NCBI GenBank assembly: GCA_045106415.1
Contig: JBGCEP010000071.1
Span: forward strand, 1-34,516
Source of the DNA: Oligoflexales bacterium
GTDB taxonomy: Bacteria; Bdellovibrionota_B; Oligoflexia; Oligoflexales; Bog-1112
DNA: 34,516 nt
Direction: 5' to 3'
A program made the translations under genes and the position numbers. Below are positions 8,901 to 18,645 of the stretch, in pieces (position 1 is the first letter of the stretch; each line of letters opens with the position of its first letter). Under the pieces are notes generated by a model. The model saw nothing but the letters and a program-made list of their open reading frames with translations. It made no database searches and was not told the DNA's origin.

Positions 8901-11900
8901 TCATTCCGGAAGAATTGTTTCCTTAAGAAAATCAGTCATTTCTAATGGGTCATCCCCCACATCTTCTGGATGATCTTGGCCAAGTTGCCCTTTATCATTA
9001 CGTCCCCAACACTTGATACTATCATCAACCACCGCACAAACATGGTGTACCCCGACGCTCACATGTGAAACACGCCCTCCAGAAAAATCGATAGGATGAA
9101 GGCTTTCTCCCATTTCATCACTTTCACCCCCTCGATCCACCTTATCTCCTTGACCCAATTGACCATAGGAATTAAGACCCCAGCACTTCAGTGTATAATT
9201 ATCAAGGACAGCACATGTCGTATGTCCTCCAGCTGCTATAGAAATTGCTGTTCGTTCCGCCCCAAGATTCACCACGGAGAGATCAGCAACATTTCTTATT
9301 TCTTTATCTCCTTGCTTAACTCTAAGGCCTAGGCCAAGCTGTCCTTTATCGTTACGCCCCCAACATTTCATGAATCCGTTTTCAAATAAAGCGCATGTGT
9401 GATCATAGCCAGCCGCAATATGCTGAACATCACTGTTTGCACCAAAATCAACGGTAGGAAGAGCATCTCCCATATCATTTCCTGGATGAATCGCACCTCG
9501 ATGTTTGTGATCACTCAAACCAAGCTGTCCTTTATCATTACGTCCCCAACATTTCACTTCACCATAACGAGATAGAGCACAATTATGTTCTCGCCCCCCT
9601 GCCATTTCGACAACAGAAAAGTCCCCCAGATCAACAGAGTTTAGCTCTAATATTTCTCCTGCCTCATCCCCTAAGTTTGATGAATGATGAGAACCAATTT
9701 GTCCATACTCACTCCCTCCCCAACATTTCACATACCCATCTCCTACGAGGGCACATGTATGCGTAGAACCAGCTATCACTTGTAGAACATCTTCTTTTTG
9801 TAAACCCACAGCACTGAGAAACTTACCCATTTCTTTTGGTTCATCCCCTTGAGTAAGTGCATGCTCTAGTCCTAATTGCCCATATTGATTATTACCCCAA
9901 CATTTTAAATGGCCATTTTCTAACACAGCACAGACATGATGACCCGAAAAAAGACTCAACTGCCTTATGTGTTGTTTCTTGCCAAGTTGAGTTACTGGAA
10001 GATTCTTCATATCGTCGACTCGGTATCCTTTATTTTGTGTATCTCCATGCCCAAGTTTTCCATAAGTATTTTGTCCCCAACAATATAATTTTCCAGACTC
10101 TGACACAGCGCACGTGCTATGCCTTCCTGCTTCTAGCACCTTCGACGTACTACGATATAAAAAACCATCTCCATGAACTTCTTGGCTTTTATTACCTGCC
10201 TTATCAACAGCACGTAAAGAAGCATAGAAACGCTTTCCTGGGGGAAGGTTTAAAGACCGAAATGTTGTTCTTGTCGATCTTTTTCTCTCTGGAACTATCC
10301 AATCTTGAACATCTTGAAGCCCTGGGGAAGAGCCAATAGCTATCTCGTAATATCCAATCCCACTTCCTCCCTTATCATTGGATTTTATCCAATTCATTTC
10401 AGGGCTCTCAGATTTAGATATAGTCATATCACCATCACGAAACGATTCAGGGGCCTGAGGTGGAGTGTCATCATGTAAAATTGTATCCGACAAACACTTC
10501 GTCATGTTACCAGCCTGATCCCTAAACATCCCGTAGACCGTTGCAACAGAGTTTTCTTGCTCAAGGACCCATCCCGTTTTAATTTTATCGTACGGCTCCC
10601 ATAGCCCACCTTTTAAGCAGTCAGGTTGATTTGTAATATACATATCGTGTGCACCTATTGATCTCAACGAGAGCGTTACTGTCAGCGTATCAATAAACTT
10701 TCGCCCACTAGCAATCTTAATACGTGATTTTTTCGGCTTTCGATCGTCGTGTACGATCTCTGCAACAACACATTTCGAAGTGTTCAAAGCGGTATCTCGA
10801 AATTTTGCAAAAACTTTATTTTTCTTATTTTTTTTTAAAATCTTCCATTTTTTCTTAGATTGATACGCCTCCCATTGCCCACCTTTTTTGCACTTCTTAT
10901 GTGAGGTTAAATACATTTGAGAAGCTCCAAATACTTGCATCTCCAGTACCGGTTCTTCATTTGAGGTTCTTGGGCTTTCTATAAATTTCATCTCAGGTAA
11001 TAAAGGAGGTTCATCATCATGTGTGACAGATAAAGAAAGACACTTCGAATGGTTCCCTGCATTGTCACGAAACATAGCATAAACAATGTTCTCTTTATTT
11101 TTTTGAAAAATAGGCCACCCTCTTCTTAACGATTGATAAGGCTCCCACACCCCTCCCGACAAGCATCCTTTCGCATACGTTATATACATTGCGCTTGCAT
11201 CTATAGCATCAACTTCTAAGTCAACAAACAAAAGAGATGTTGTTTGTTTTTCATTAAAAACCTGGAATTTCTTCGCTAGAGGAGGAAGGTTATCATGAAC
11301 TATACGATCAGAAAGGCAAGGTGTTTCATTTCCAGCATCATCTTTATAAACAACTGAAAAAGAAACTTCTTGATTAAACATATCAATCTTGTACCTTTTT
11401 TTGCTTGTTTGAAATGTTTCCCATAAGCCAGAAGAGCAATCTTCTGTTTTTGATATTTTCATATATGAAGCCGTCTCTGCTGAAAAAGAAAGATCCACAT
11501 AAGGAAAGCGAGTCACGTCTTGTAAAACTGAGAACTCAGGCTGAAGTGGTGGAACATCATCATGTAAAATAGAGAGAGGATAGCAAGATGTCTCATTTAA
11601 TGCGGCATCCCTCCATTGAAAATAAAGTATATTGCGGGAATTTTTTTTCTCTATTTCAAAAAAGAGTGCATTTTGATCATAAGAACTCCACACACCTGTT
11701 TCACATTGACTATCTTGCGAAACTCTAACCTGTTGAGCCCCCTCTATTTTTGTTTGAATAGGAATCCGCAATTGTGATGTCATTTGTTGCTCTATTGCTA
11801 CTTCAAGGGTTACGACTTTTGGGGGTTGACTATCCACGGTCCAAGTTAATCCAGAACGACACGCACTCAAAACTCCTTGGTTCGATTGCCTTAAAGATAA

Positions 11901-13289
11901 ATGATGCTCTCCTTCTTCAAGTGGAGGTGTAACCCATTCCATAGAGTTTTTTGTAATAGGATAAAATGCCCAAGGTTTTCCTTGGCAATGAGATGAACGA
12001 TAAGCGATCAGCTGAGCCCCTATCTTCAGTTTTTGAATAGAATATCGAGGTTGATTTAAAGATGAAATAACAGCACCTTGATTATCTTCTTTAACAACTG
12101 GTGTTAAAAGATCACTTAACAAAAGATCATCCGATGAAGAATTGGTCTTATTTAGGTCTTTCCTTATACAAGGGCTATATCCTCCTTGAGAATTTGTAAC
12201 CTGCATGTAAATAAATGGTTCTTGAGGTAAAGGAATTTCAAAATTCATAATGCTTTTATCTTTTTGAATCAATTTTTCAAAAATTTGATTTTTATGACAC
12301 TCATTATCTTGATAGAAACGGATTTGATCACCGAACTGAAACGGTCCTACCGAAGCGGTCAAACTATCTTGAGCTGATTTATACTCTACAGAAAAACTAT
12401 CTATTTTCTGTGGACTTAGAACAAAGGTTGCATCTAATGTTTCTAAGAATATACAAAGGTAATCTTCTTCTTTCCATCCTTCTAGTATAACAGATTCGTG
12501 ACTTGTCATCATAGTCATGGTTCTTATGTTTTTACCTCTCGTTTTTAAACATATTTTCCCATTTTCAAACGTATAAATATCTTCTTTGCTTTTGAGTTCT
12601 AAGTGCAGAGTATTTTCTTCTTCTCTAAACTCTATTTCTTCTAGAATATCTTGGTCTCCAGCAAGAGTGACATGCCCCACAGAAAATTCTTTTTTTACCT
12701 CAAAAGAGTTCGACATATTTTGAAGAGAAGAGGATTTTATAGAATCATCTGATACACTTATTTCAAGGTTTTGATGCCCACCTACTTCTACTAGATCATC
12801 CAAGATTTCTAGCCGAAAACGAGCTGATATCACTCGAGTCCATACACATGTATGCTCCTTTTCAAAAAAAGTTTCTTCCAATTTTAAATTTCCTTGCGCA
12901 TTTGAAGTAAGAACAACGGTTTTTTTATCAACATTTTTATTCTTCAAACAAACCTTGATATCTTTTTGTGCTGCAACGCGTCGACCATTTGTACTTCCCA
13001 CAGTATCAAAAGAAAAACCGCTCTTCTCAATATTTTGAATTCCTAAAGTTTCTAAATCTTTTATTTGACCTAGCACAGGCTTCTCAAAAACCCCCACTGG
13101 TACATAAATAAAACCATTTTCATGTTCAAAATACAGCTCTTGATCAGGGAAAATAACGATCTGATCAATTGTTTGACTATCACTTACTTGTGAATCCGTT
13201 GATGAAGCTCTCTGATTCAGAGTTTTTCCATCTTTTTGACAAGACACAAAAAACAATGAAAATAAAAAAACAGCATTAGAAAACTTCAT
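8901..13289 (-). CDS. Large modular lipoprotein: ZU5-like N-region, Ig-like tandem repeats, FN3-like domain, C-terminal RCC1/BLIP-II beta-propeller
   Basis: Lipobox FFVSC; five ~90 aa repeats; FN3-like domain (W..SGIGYYEIAIG..FYASLRAVDKAGN); about 7 RCC1 repeats (HTCA..G.VKCWG.N..GQLG). ATG 13289 after gaggtg. Confidence 0.88.
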   Translation of the reverse strand: MKFSNAVFLFSLFFVSCQKDGKTLNQRASSTDSQVSDSQTIDQIVIFPDQELYFEHENGFIYVPVGVFEKPVLGQIKDLETLGIQNIEKSGFSFDTVGSTNGRRVAAQKDIKVCLKNKNVDKKTVVLTSNAQGNLKLEETFFEKEHTCVWTRVISARFRLEILDDLVEVGGHQNLEISVSDDSIKSSSLQNMSNSFEVKKEFSVGHVTLAGDQDILEEIEFREEENTLHLELKSKEDIYTFENGKICLKTRGKNIRTMTMMTSHESVILEGWKEEDYLCIFLETLDATFVLSPQKIDSFSVEYKSAQDSLTASVGPFQFGDQIRFYQDNECHKNQIFEKLIQKDKSIMNFEIPLPQEPFIYMQVTNSQGGYSPCIRKDLNKTNSSSDDLLLSDLLTPVVKEDNQGAVISSLNQPRYSIQKLKIGAQLIAYRSSHCQGKPWAFYPITKNSMEWVTPPLEEGEHHLSLRQSNQGVLSACRSGLTWTVDSQPPKVVTLEVAIEQQMTSQLRIPIQTKIEGAQQVRVSQDSQCETGVWSSYDQNALFFEIEKKNSRNILYFQWRDAALNETSCYPLSILHDDVPPLQPEFSVLQDVTRFPYVDLSFSAETASYMKISKTEDCSSGLWETFQTSKKRYKIDMFNQEVSFSVVYKDDAGNETPCLSDRIVHDNLPPLAKKFQVFNEKQTTSLLFVDLEVDAIDASAMYITYAKGCLSGGVWEPYQSLRRGWPIFQKNKENIVYAMFRDNAGNHSKCLSLSVTHDDEPPLLPEMKFIESPRTSNEEPVLEMQVFGASQMYLTSHKKCKKGGQWEAYQSKKKWKILKKNKKNKVFAKFRDTALNTSKCVVAEIVHDDRKPKKSRIKIASGRKFIDTLTVTLSLRSIGAHDMYITNQPDCLKGGLWEPYDKIKTGWVLEQENSVATVYGMFRDQAGNMTKCLSDTILHDDTPPQAPESFRDGDMTISKSESPEMNWIKSNDKGGSGIGYYEIAIGSSPGLQDVQDWIVPERKRSTRTTFRSLNLPPGKRFYASLRAVDKAGNKSQEVHGDGFLYRSTSKVLEAGRHSTCAVSESGKLYCWGQNTYGKLGHGDTQNKGYRVDDMKNLPVTQLGKKQHIRQLSLFSGHHVCAVLENGHLKCWGNNQYGQLGLEHALTQGDEPKEMGKFLSAVGLQKEDVLQVIAGSTHTCALVGDGYVKCWGGSEYGQIGSHHSSNLGDEAGEILELNSVDLGDFSVVEMAGGREHNCALSRYGEVKCWGRNDKGQLGLSDHKHRGAIHPGNDMGDALPTVDFGANSDVQHIAAGYDHTCALFENGFMKCWGRNDKGQLGLGLRVKQGDKEIRNVADLSVVNLGAERTAISIAAGGHTTCAVLDNYTLKCWGLNSYGQLGQGDKVDRGGESDEMGESLHPIDFSGGRVSHVSVGVHHVCAVVDDSIKCWGRNDKGQLGQDHPEDVGDDPLEMTDFLKETILPE
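8920..10140 (-). repeat. RCC1 repeat array (about 7 blades)
   Basis: Recurrent CWGxNxxGQLG; KCWGRNDKGQLG occurs three times with near-identical DNA near 8981-9011, 9334-9370 and 9521-9556. Confidence 0.9.
10470..11835 (-). repeat. Five tandem ~90 aa two-Cys beta-rich (Ig-like) repeats
   Basis: Consensus DxxPP..A..M.I....C..G.WE.Y....N....FRD.AGN.S.C....I.HD, repeated five times. Confidence 0.85.
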
Positions 13290-13627
13290 AATCACCTCGA
13301 TAAGAATCCGTTAAAGGTCTCGGAAATTTCTCACAAAGTATCAAACTTACTCCCCGCGAGTCATATTTAAAGACTTGATATTATTTGTATTTATCTTGTA
13401 TTTATTTAAAAACACAACAAAAGGAGAGAGTCGAACATTTTTTTATAAGTACAATTTAGGGATTAACCACTCTAAGATTTCGTGCACTATGTGCCATATC
13501 TTCTTCGTAAAAGAAAACGAGTATTTAATAGCACTAAGATAATTTTTTAATCAAACATTTTATTGTTTTACAATCTCAAAAAATATGAAACAGGTCACGT
13601 TTCATTAACTCATTCCCAAAAAAACAT

Positions 13628-15094
13628 TCAAAGAATAATTTCTTTTGCAAGTACATGAGAACTGTAACTTCGATTTTCACCTTCAATTAAATCATCACAT
13701 CCTGCACTTGAATCAAAACTCATTTCAAAACTAGGAGCTAAAATTGAAGAACTCGCCCATGGCAGATACAGTAGATTTTGTATTTTCGGAGATACGGTTA
13801 AAAAACCACTCGCTTTTTTCTCTAAATCTCGAAAAAAAACACACCCTACAGACTTACTATTGTCTGTAAACATCAAATTCAAAGGGTACATATAAAAGGC
13901 TTGATTTGATGTTTGAGTTTGCGTCCAAGAAAAAGATGATTTTGGAGAGGGTTCAGAGCAGTTTTCTCGAAAACTTATATTCATTGTCAAAGCATCATTT
14001 CCAAGGCCGACAAAAGTTGCCTCTGATGAATCCTGTTGAAAAAGACCCAATTCACTTAAAAATGTATTTTCATATGTTTTTCCAGAATCTGATGAAACTT
14101 CAACACAAATTTTTCGTGCAAAACTCGGGAAAGATTGTTCAATGCTTTCGTCTGGAGCTGCTGTTGAAAGATTTACTTTTTGAAAAGGTATCTCCACACC
14201 AAGAGTAATTGACGTTTCCTCTGATGAAAGGTCTTTTTGGTCTAAGAAAAAATCTAATCTCTGATCACTTTCAACGAAACTTAAAGACTCTCCTTCATTT
14301 AAAGAGCAGCTCTGAAAAGGATTTTGAGCCCATAATGAAATTTGGACACCATATTTTTCCACAGGCTCAATTGGAAAATTCCATTTAATCTCAGTTCCAG
14401 TCGGAAGACTCGATTGAGTTGTCCTCACTAGAATTGTATTTATAGTATCTTTCAAAACAAGATAACCACACATATGATGAGACCTTGTGCCCCAGGCTTC
14501 ACTTGGAAGCTGAACTTTAAGAGTCCGAAGGCCTTTTGTCACACCTGCAAAACTAGCATCACGAAAAGCTTCAGGGAGAAGACCTTGGCACAAAGCAAGT
14601 TGATATACACCTGGATAAAGAGTGCTCATAGAAAGCAAATTCAATGATTCATCATAAGATAAAAATTCACTCTTCCAGACATAGCTTCCACGTGAACTTG
14701 TCATCAACACACAGGTTTGTTCTTGGTAAGTGTCCTGTGGCCACAAAATTGTAACAGGCTCATTAAACTCAACTAAACGGCTTTGGTCTTGCGCCGTTAA
14801 AGTCACCTCCATCGCTGGAGATAAAAAAATGGGCTGGCCAACTCCAAAATCTTGTAAATCAAGGTCATCAACCGGAAAAGCTTGAAGCTCACTCAGTTCA
14901 GGGAGAGAAGCTCCTGGAAGGACGATTTCAACATTTTTCAGGCCTCCGCCTAGAACTTTCAAACGAGCATCTTCTTGATTAGATTTATGGGAAGTTCCGA
15001 CGGGTGTGGATTGTGGGGGATCAATAAGAGTTCCATCACAACTTATCAACAATAAAAAAATTAGCGGTATAAAAAACATAGCAAAAGCCCTCAT
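13628..15094 (-). CDS. Cys-rich lipoprotein with a ZU5-like N-terminal domain
   Basis: Lipobox LLISC; IVLPGASL..LSP..FNEPVTILWP resembles the ZU5 pattern; the rest is beta-rich with paired Cys. Confidence 0.7.
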   Translation of the reverse strand: MRAFAMFFIPLIFLLLISCDGTLIDPPQSTPVGTSHKSNQEDARLKVLGGGLKNVEIVLPGASLPELSELQAFPVDDLDLQDFGVGQPIFLSPAMEVTLTAQDQSRLVEFNEPVTILWPQDTYQEQTCVLMTSSRGSYVWKSEFLSYDESLNLLSMSTLYPGVYQLALCQGLLPEAFRDASFAGVTKGLRTLKVQLPSEAWGTRSHHMCGYLVLKDTINTILVRTTQSSLPTGTEIKWNFPIEPVEKYGVQISLWAQNPFQSCSLNEGESLSFVESDQRLDFFLDQKDLSSEETSITLGVEIPFQKVNLSTAAPDESIEQSFPSFARKICVEVSSDSGKTYENTFLSELGLFQQDSSEATFVGLGNDALTMNISFRENCSEPSPKSSFSWTQTQTSNQAFYMYPLNLMFTDNSKSVGCVFFRDLEKKASGFLTVSPKIQNLLYLPWASSSILAPSFEMSFDSSAGCDDLIEGENRSYSSHVLAKEIIL

Positions 15095-15145
15095 TCGAGT
15101 TCTTCTGCTATTTTAACCTGACCTTGGTCAGATATTGGCATCTAG

Positions 15146-18100
15146 CTATAGAGTCAGGTATTTTCCAAGCCACAAATGAAATACATCAATAGGCTCCATC
15201 GGCTTTTGAGTTTCTTTATCTCTATCAGTGAAAAAGAATGTTTTCTCACCAGCAGAGTTCACTTCCGATTCATATATGAGATCTTGCCCGATGCTTCCCG
15301 CCGCAATCATCGCTGATGCAGCTTTTGAATTCGATTGATATTGACTTTCAAGCTCTAAGCTTCGCCCATCAAGGACTGCAAGCCAGTCTTGCACAAGCTG
15401 ATAACGTTCGACTTCTTCATCCGCTGCGAAAACAGTCCCTTCAATTAAGGTTTGAAAAGGTGTGGGTTGTGAGGCATCCAAGACAGGAAATAAATCCTCA
15501 GAAACAAAACTCGTACTTGCGAAAAAAGTCTCACCTAAATGATCATCTTGAAGAGTCGGGTTTGGAAAGTCTTTCTTACGCTCCTCTGGAAGACGAAATC
15601 CTCTAAAAACAATATCGAGACCTTCTTCGCCTGTTTGGCTCCGTGTTTGCAGCTGAACCATAGGATGATGCTGCATTTTCAAAAGAATATTCGTTGAAAT
15701 TTGTGCCTGAGTAAAAGGAACAATGATATCATCACGACCATGCATGACCAGCATCGAACCTCCTGGAATCATACCAGCTTGTGGGCTCAATTGTGATGTA
15801 GCTTCTGTTGCATTTGGGCTTAAAATATCAGAGTACAGTGCAGACCAATTTTTCAAACCAGCAAATAAAAACGGACTCATCAATGAGTAGTCACGAGTAA
15901 AAATCTCCAGAGCAATCCGATCCAATTCATCGTCACTTGGGTTATTTTCAAGAGCCTCTCTCATCATGCGATCTAATGAACGAACCCCTGGGGCGTTTGC
16001 AAACGACATATTCGTTGCTTGACCTTTAATCAGAGGCTCTAACAAGAGAGCCCTATACTGGCCTGCTGTAATAGAAGCTGGAGCCCCTACAAGCGCAAGC
16101 CCACTGAAAAGCGACGGCGTAATACCCCAAGCTTCGCCATATGGCGGCGGTGTCTGATCTGCGTACTCACCAATCTCACGAATGGTCTTATGGACATCTT
16201 CCAAGCGATCAATAAAATCGACTACAGATCCCCAGGCAGAAGAGTGTTGTGATGGCGCGTTAGCTTTTTTATTGAGTTTTTTAAGTTGATTGACCTGTGG
16301 GGCCCAATGCTCAATGATAGGACCCATCAATGCTCCACTTCTTTCCACAGCAAGAGCTGCCACCAAACCTCCTCGAGAACAACCCCCAGCAACAGTCACA
16401 GGCTGTGTGTCTAGATTTTGAGGCAAATGTAAAAGCTTACCCCAACCAAGCGTTGTCAACACCTCCGTCCAAGCATTACCATCATGAGGCTGACTCGCTA
16501 ATCGGCGAATACTAGTATCGACTTCATGAACATCGTGCCCCTCAGATAAACTCAACAAACGAGTCAAGTCTGGACCCTCTAATAAAAACTTACTTAAAGA
16601 CTCCACGACGGTAAGGTCATGATGAAGAACATCATAGACTTGCTGAAAAGAAATCGAAGATAGCATTTCAGAAATTCTTCCACGTCCTAAAATATCATGA
16701 GGTGTTCCCCGGAAAAATCGTTGAAGCTTATCACTTGCTTTCGCATTGGATGTTCGATCAATCGCTCCTAAAAACAATTCAAAAAACTCTCGGAGGTCTA
16801 AACTTTGCTCAAAGCTCTCAGACTGATGAGCAAGATCTCCTTGATCACGGTTTAAAGAACTAAATAAATGAGTAAGAAGCTCTTCGGTCGAGCTTTCACC
16901 ATACCAGGCATTTTGCAACTGCTGCCATGTGAGCTGCCCGACAGATTCTCCAATTTGCTTTCTCATCACCTGAGCTGTCCAAAGGTCTGGATAGCTCGAT
17001 GATTCAGCGAGTTCATCCAAAACTTCTAATACAGTTGCATCAGGGTTGGACTGATGTCCAACAATACGGTTCAAAGCCCATTCGACACCACCGAAGTCAT
17101 AAAGCTTTTTTTGATAGCCTTTAAGGCACTGCTGTAAAACGATACGAATCAATGCTGTCGCATCTTCATCGTTTTTAAGAAACTGAGAAATATCTCTTAA
17201 ATCTTTCATTCTAAGATTCAAAACAAAATCAAACCCAGAAAATAAAGCTGAGGATTTAGGAGGTAAAAGATCTCGAAGAGTCGATTGCTCAATTTCTTCA
17301 CTTACGTCAGACGTTTGCATCCAGTGCTGCTCTGAATGGCGTCGATCCATCACTCCTTTAATAAGATTCATACCTAAATGAGCAAGCTCATAATATTGAG
17401 CACCTAAAATAGAAGTCCAAGGCTCATTCAGCAATGTTCCAAACTCGACTTGACGGCCCGCAAGTTCAAAACGCTTTTTCATCAGGGTAGGAAGAATTCC
17501 TTTACCTACACTCATTTTCTTATAACTTGCTTTTAACTTTTGTCGAAACTCTCTTGGCGCAGGAAAGTTTGGGTTTTCAATCGCTCGAACAAGACAGTTT
17601 TGAAGCACAAGAAAATCTTCAACATCATGATGCCAAACGACCCCTTCACCAGTTCCCTCAGCCAAGAAAGGTCCATTTTTTCTATGACAAACAGGTTCCC
17701 CGTCACCAAATGCGATACGACGGCATACAGGCTCTCCAGGAAAAGCTGGAGCGGCAATAATCCAATGACTTTGCATGTCTCCAAATGCCGTTGCAATATC
17801 ATCATACGCCAAGCCACTATCACTGCCATGTCCGTATAGAAACAACGGAGCTGAGTTATCAGTCTTATCTGGAAGTACAACCAAAGCGTGGCGAATACCA
17901 TCTTCTGGATGGCCGTTACGATCTGCATGAGATTTATATTCAATCAACCACACAGAAGCCTTTGGCCCAATGTGATCTTTATGGTTTCTACGTTCCGTCG
18001 CCCGAAATAAAAATCGAACATTTGTAATCGCTGCACAACGTGTAGCATACGCTCTATTTTCAAAACGGTAAGCTGCCTTTTTTAGCAACTCTTGATAGTC

Positions 18101-18349
18101 ATCGAGTCGATCCGTCAGAAGAGTTGACGGCTGCTTCAACTGATCTAAAAGCTCTTCTCGCGTTTCTGCCTTATTATCACCAATTCCTAAAACATTTGTA
18201 ATATATCGCCAGTACTTTGTTTTATCGATATGAAGCTGAGGACTATCCCCTTCACCAAGCTGATCATAGCGCGGAGGAAGATCATCTTGCGGATTTTGAA
18301 CATCACAAGAAAGCAAAGCAAAAAATAAAAAATAAATATAAAAACGCAT
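15146..18349 (-). CDS. Giant lipoprotein alpha/beta-hydrolase (esterase/lipase/peptidase) with a large helical insertion
   Basis: Lipobox LLSC; PLFLYGHG, nucleophile elbow GCSRGG (Ser codon 16376-16378), MLVMHGRDDIIVP, candidate His in DDHLG. ATG 18349 after ggag. Confidence 0.8.
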   Translation of the reverse strand: MRFYIYFLFFALLSCDVQNPQDDLPPRYDQLGEGDSPQLHIDKTKYWRYITNVLGIGDNKAETREELLDQLKQPSTLLTDRLDDYQELLKKAAYRFENRAYATRCAAITNVRFLFRATERRNHKDHIGPKASVWLIEYKSHADRNGHPEDGIRHALVVLPDKTDNSAPLFLYGHGSDSGLAYDDIATAFGDMQSHWIIAAPAFPGEPVCRRIAFGDGEPVCHRKNGPFLAEGTGEGVVWHHDVEDFLVLQNCLVRAIENPNFPAPREFRQKLKASYKKMSVGKGILPTLMKKRFELAGRQVEFGTLLNEPWTSILGAQYYELAHLGMNLIKGVMDRRHSEQHWMQTSDVSEEIEQSTLRDLLPPKSSALFSGFDFVLNLRMKDLRDISQFLKNDEDATALIRIVLQQCLKGYQKKLYDFGGVEWALNRIVGHQSNPDATVLEVLDELAESSSYPDLWTAQVMRKQIGESVGQLTWQQLQNAWYGESSTEELLTHLFSSLNRDQGDLAHQSESFEQSLDLREFFELFLGAIDRTSNAKASDKLQRFFRGTPHDILGRGRISEMLSSISFQQVYDVLHHDLTVVESLSKFLLEGPDLTRLLSLSEGHDVHEVDTSIRRLASQPHDGNAWTEVLTTLGWGKLLHLPQNLDTQPVTVAGGCSRGGLVAALAVERSGALMGPIIEHWAPQVNQLKKLNKKANAPSQHSSAWGSVVDFIDRLEDVHKTIREIGEYADQTPPPYGEAWGITPSLFSGLALVGAPASITAGQYRALLLEPLIKGQATNMSFANAPGVRSLDRMMREALENNPSDDELDRIALEIFTRDYSLMSPFLFAGLKNWSALYSDILSPNATEATSQLSPQAGMIPGGSMLVMHGRDDIIVPFTQAQISTNILLKMQHHPMVQLQTRSQTGEEGLDIVFRGFRLPEERKKDFPNPTLQDDHLGETFFASTSFVSEDLFPVLDASQPTPFQTLIEGTVFAADEEVERYQLVQDWLAVLDGRSLELESQYQSNSKAASAMIAAGSIGQDLIYESEVNSAGEKTFFFTDRDKETQKPMEPIDVFHLWLGKYLTL

Positions 18350-18538
18350 AGAAAATCTCCACACCCAAATTTCATTCCGAATGCTAATTCACTTTGAAAA
18401 CAAATTTCAGCAAATAGCAAAATGGATTCTAACCGAATTCTCATGTTTTTAGAAGAAAAAATCGCGTAATTATACTAGAATTGTCATTTTATGAATGGAA
18501 ATTCTATTTCATTGATTGAAAAAATCAGCACTTTTTCA

Positions 18539-18585
18539 AAAAGCTTATTTTTCATGGAACTACACTCCATGAAAAATAAGCTTTT
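18539..18585. terminator. Perfect 20-bp inverted repeat, probable terminator
   Basis: aaaagcttatttttcatgga-actacac-tccatgaaaaataagctttt, 60 nt downstream of the 18646 stop. Confidence 0.7.
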
Positions 18586-18645
18586 ATTGTAAAAAAAACC
18601 TCACCTGAAACCGATGAAGTCTTTTTTACAATCAACAGTGATGTT

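Noticed and set aside
8981..9556. Three ~35-nt near-identical direct repeats resembling a CRISPR array
   Set aside because: They are in-frame codons for KCWGRNDKGQLG in RCC1 blades, spaced 190-350 nt apart, and no cas genes are present.
18590..18617. Plus-strand TAAAA-N16-CCGATGA sigma-28-like motif
   Set aside because: It points antisense into the 18646 gene end and its -35 part lies in a poly-A run, so chance is likely.
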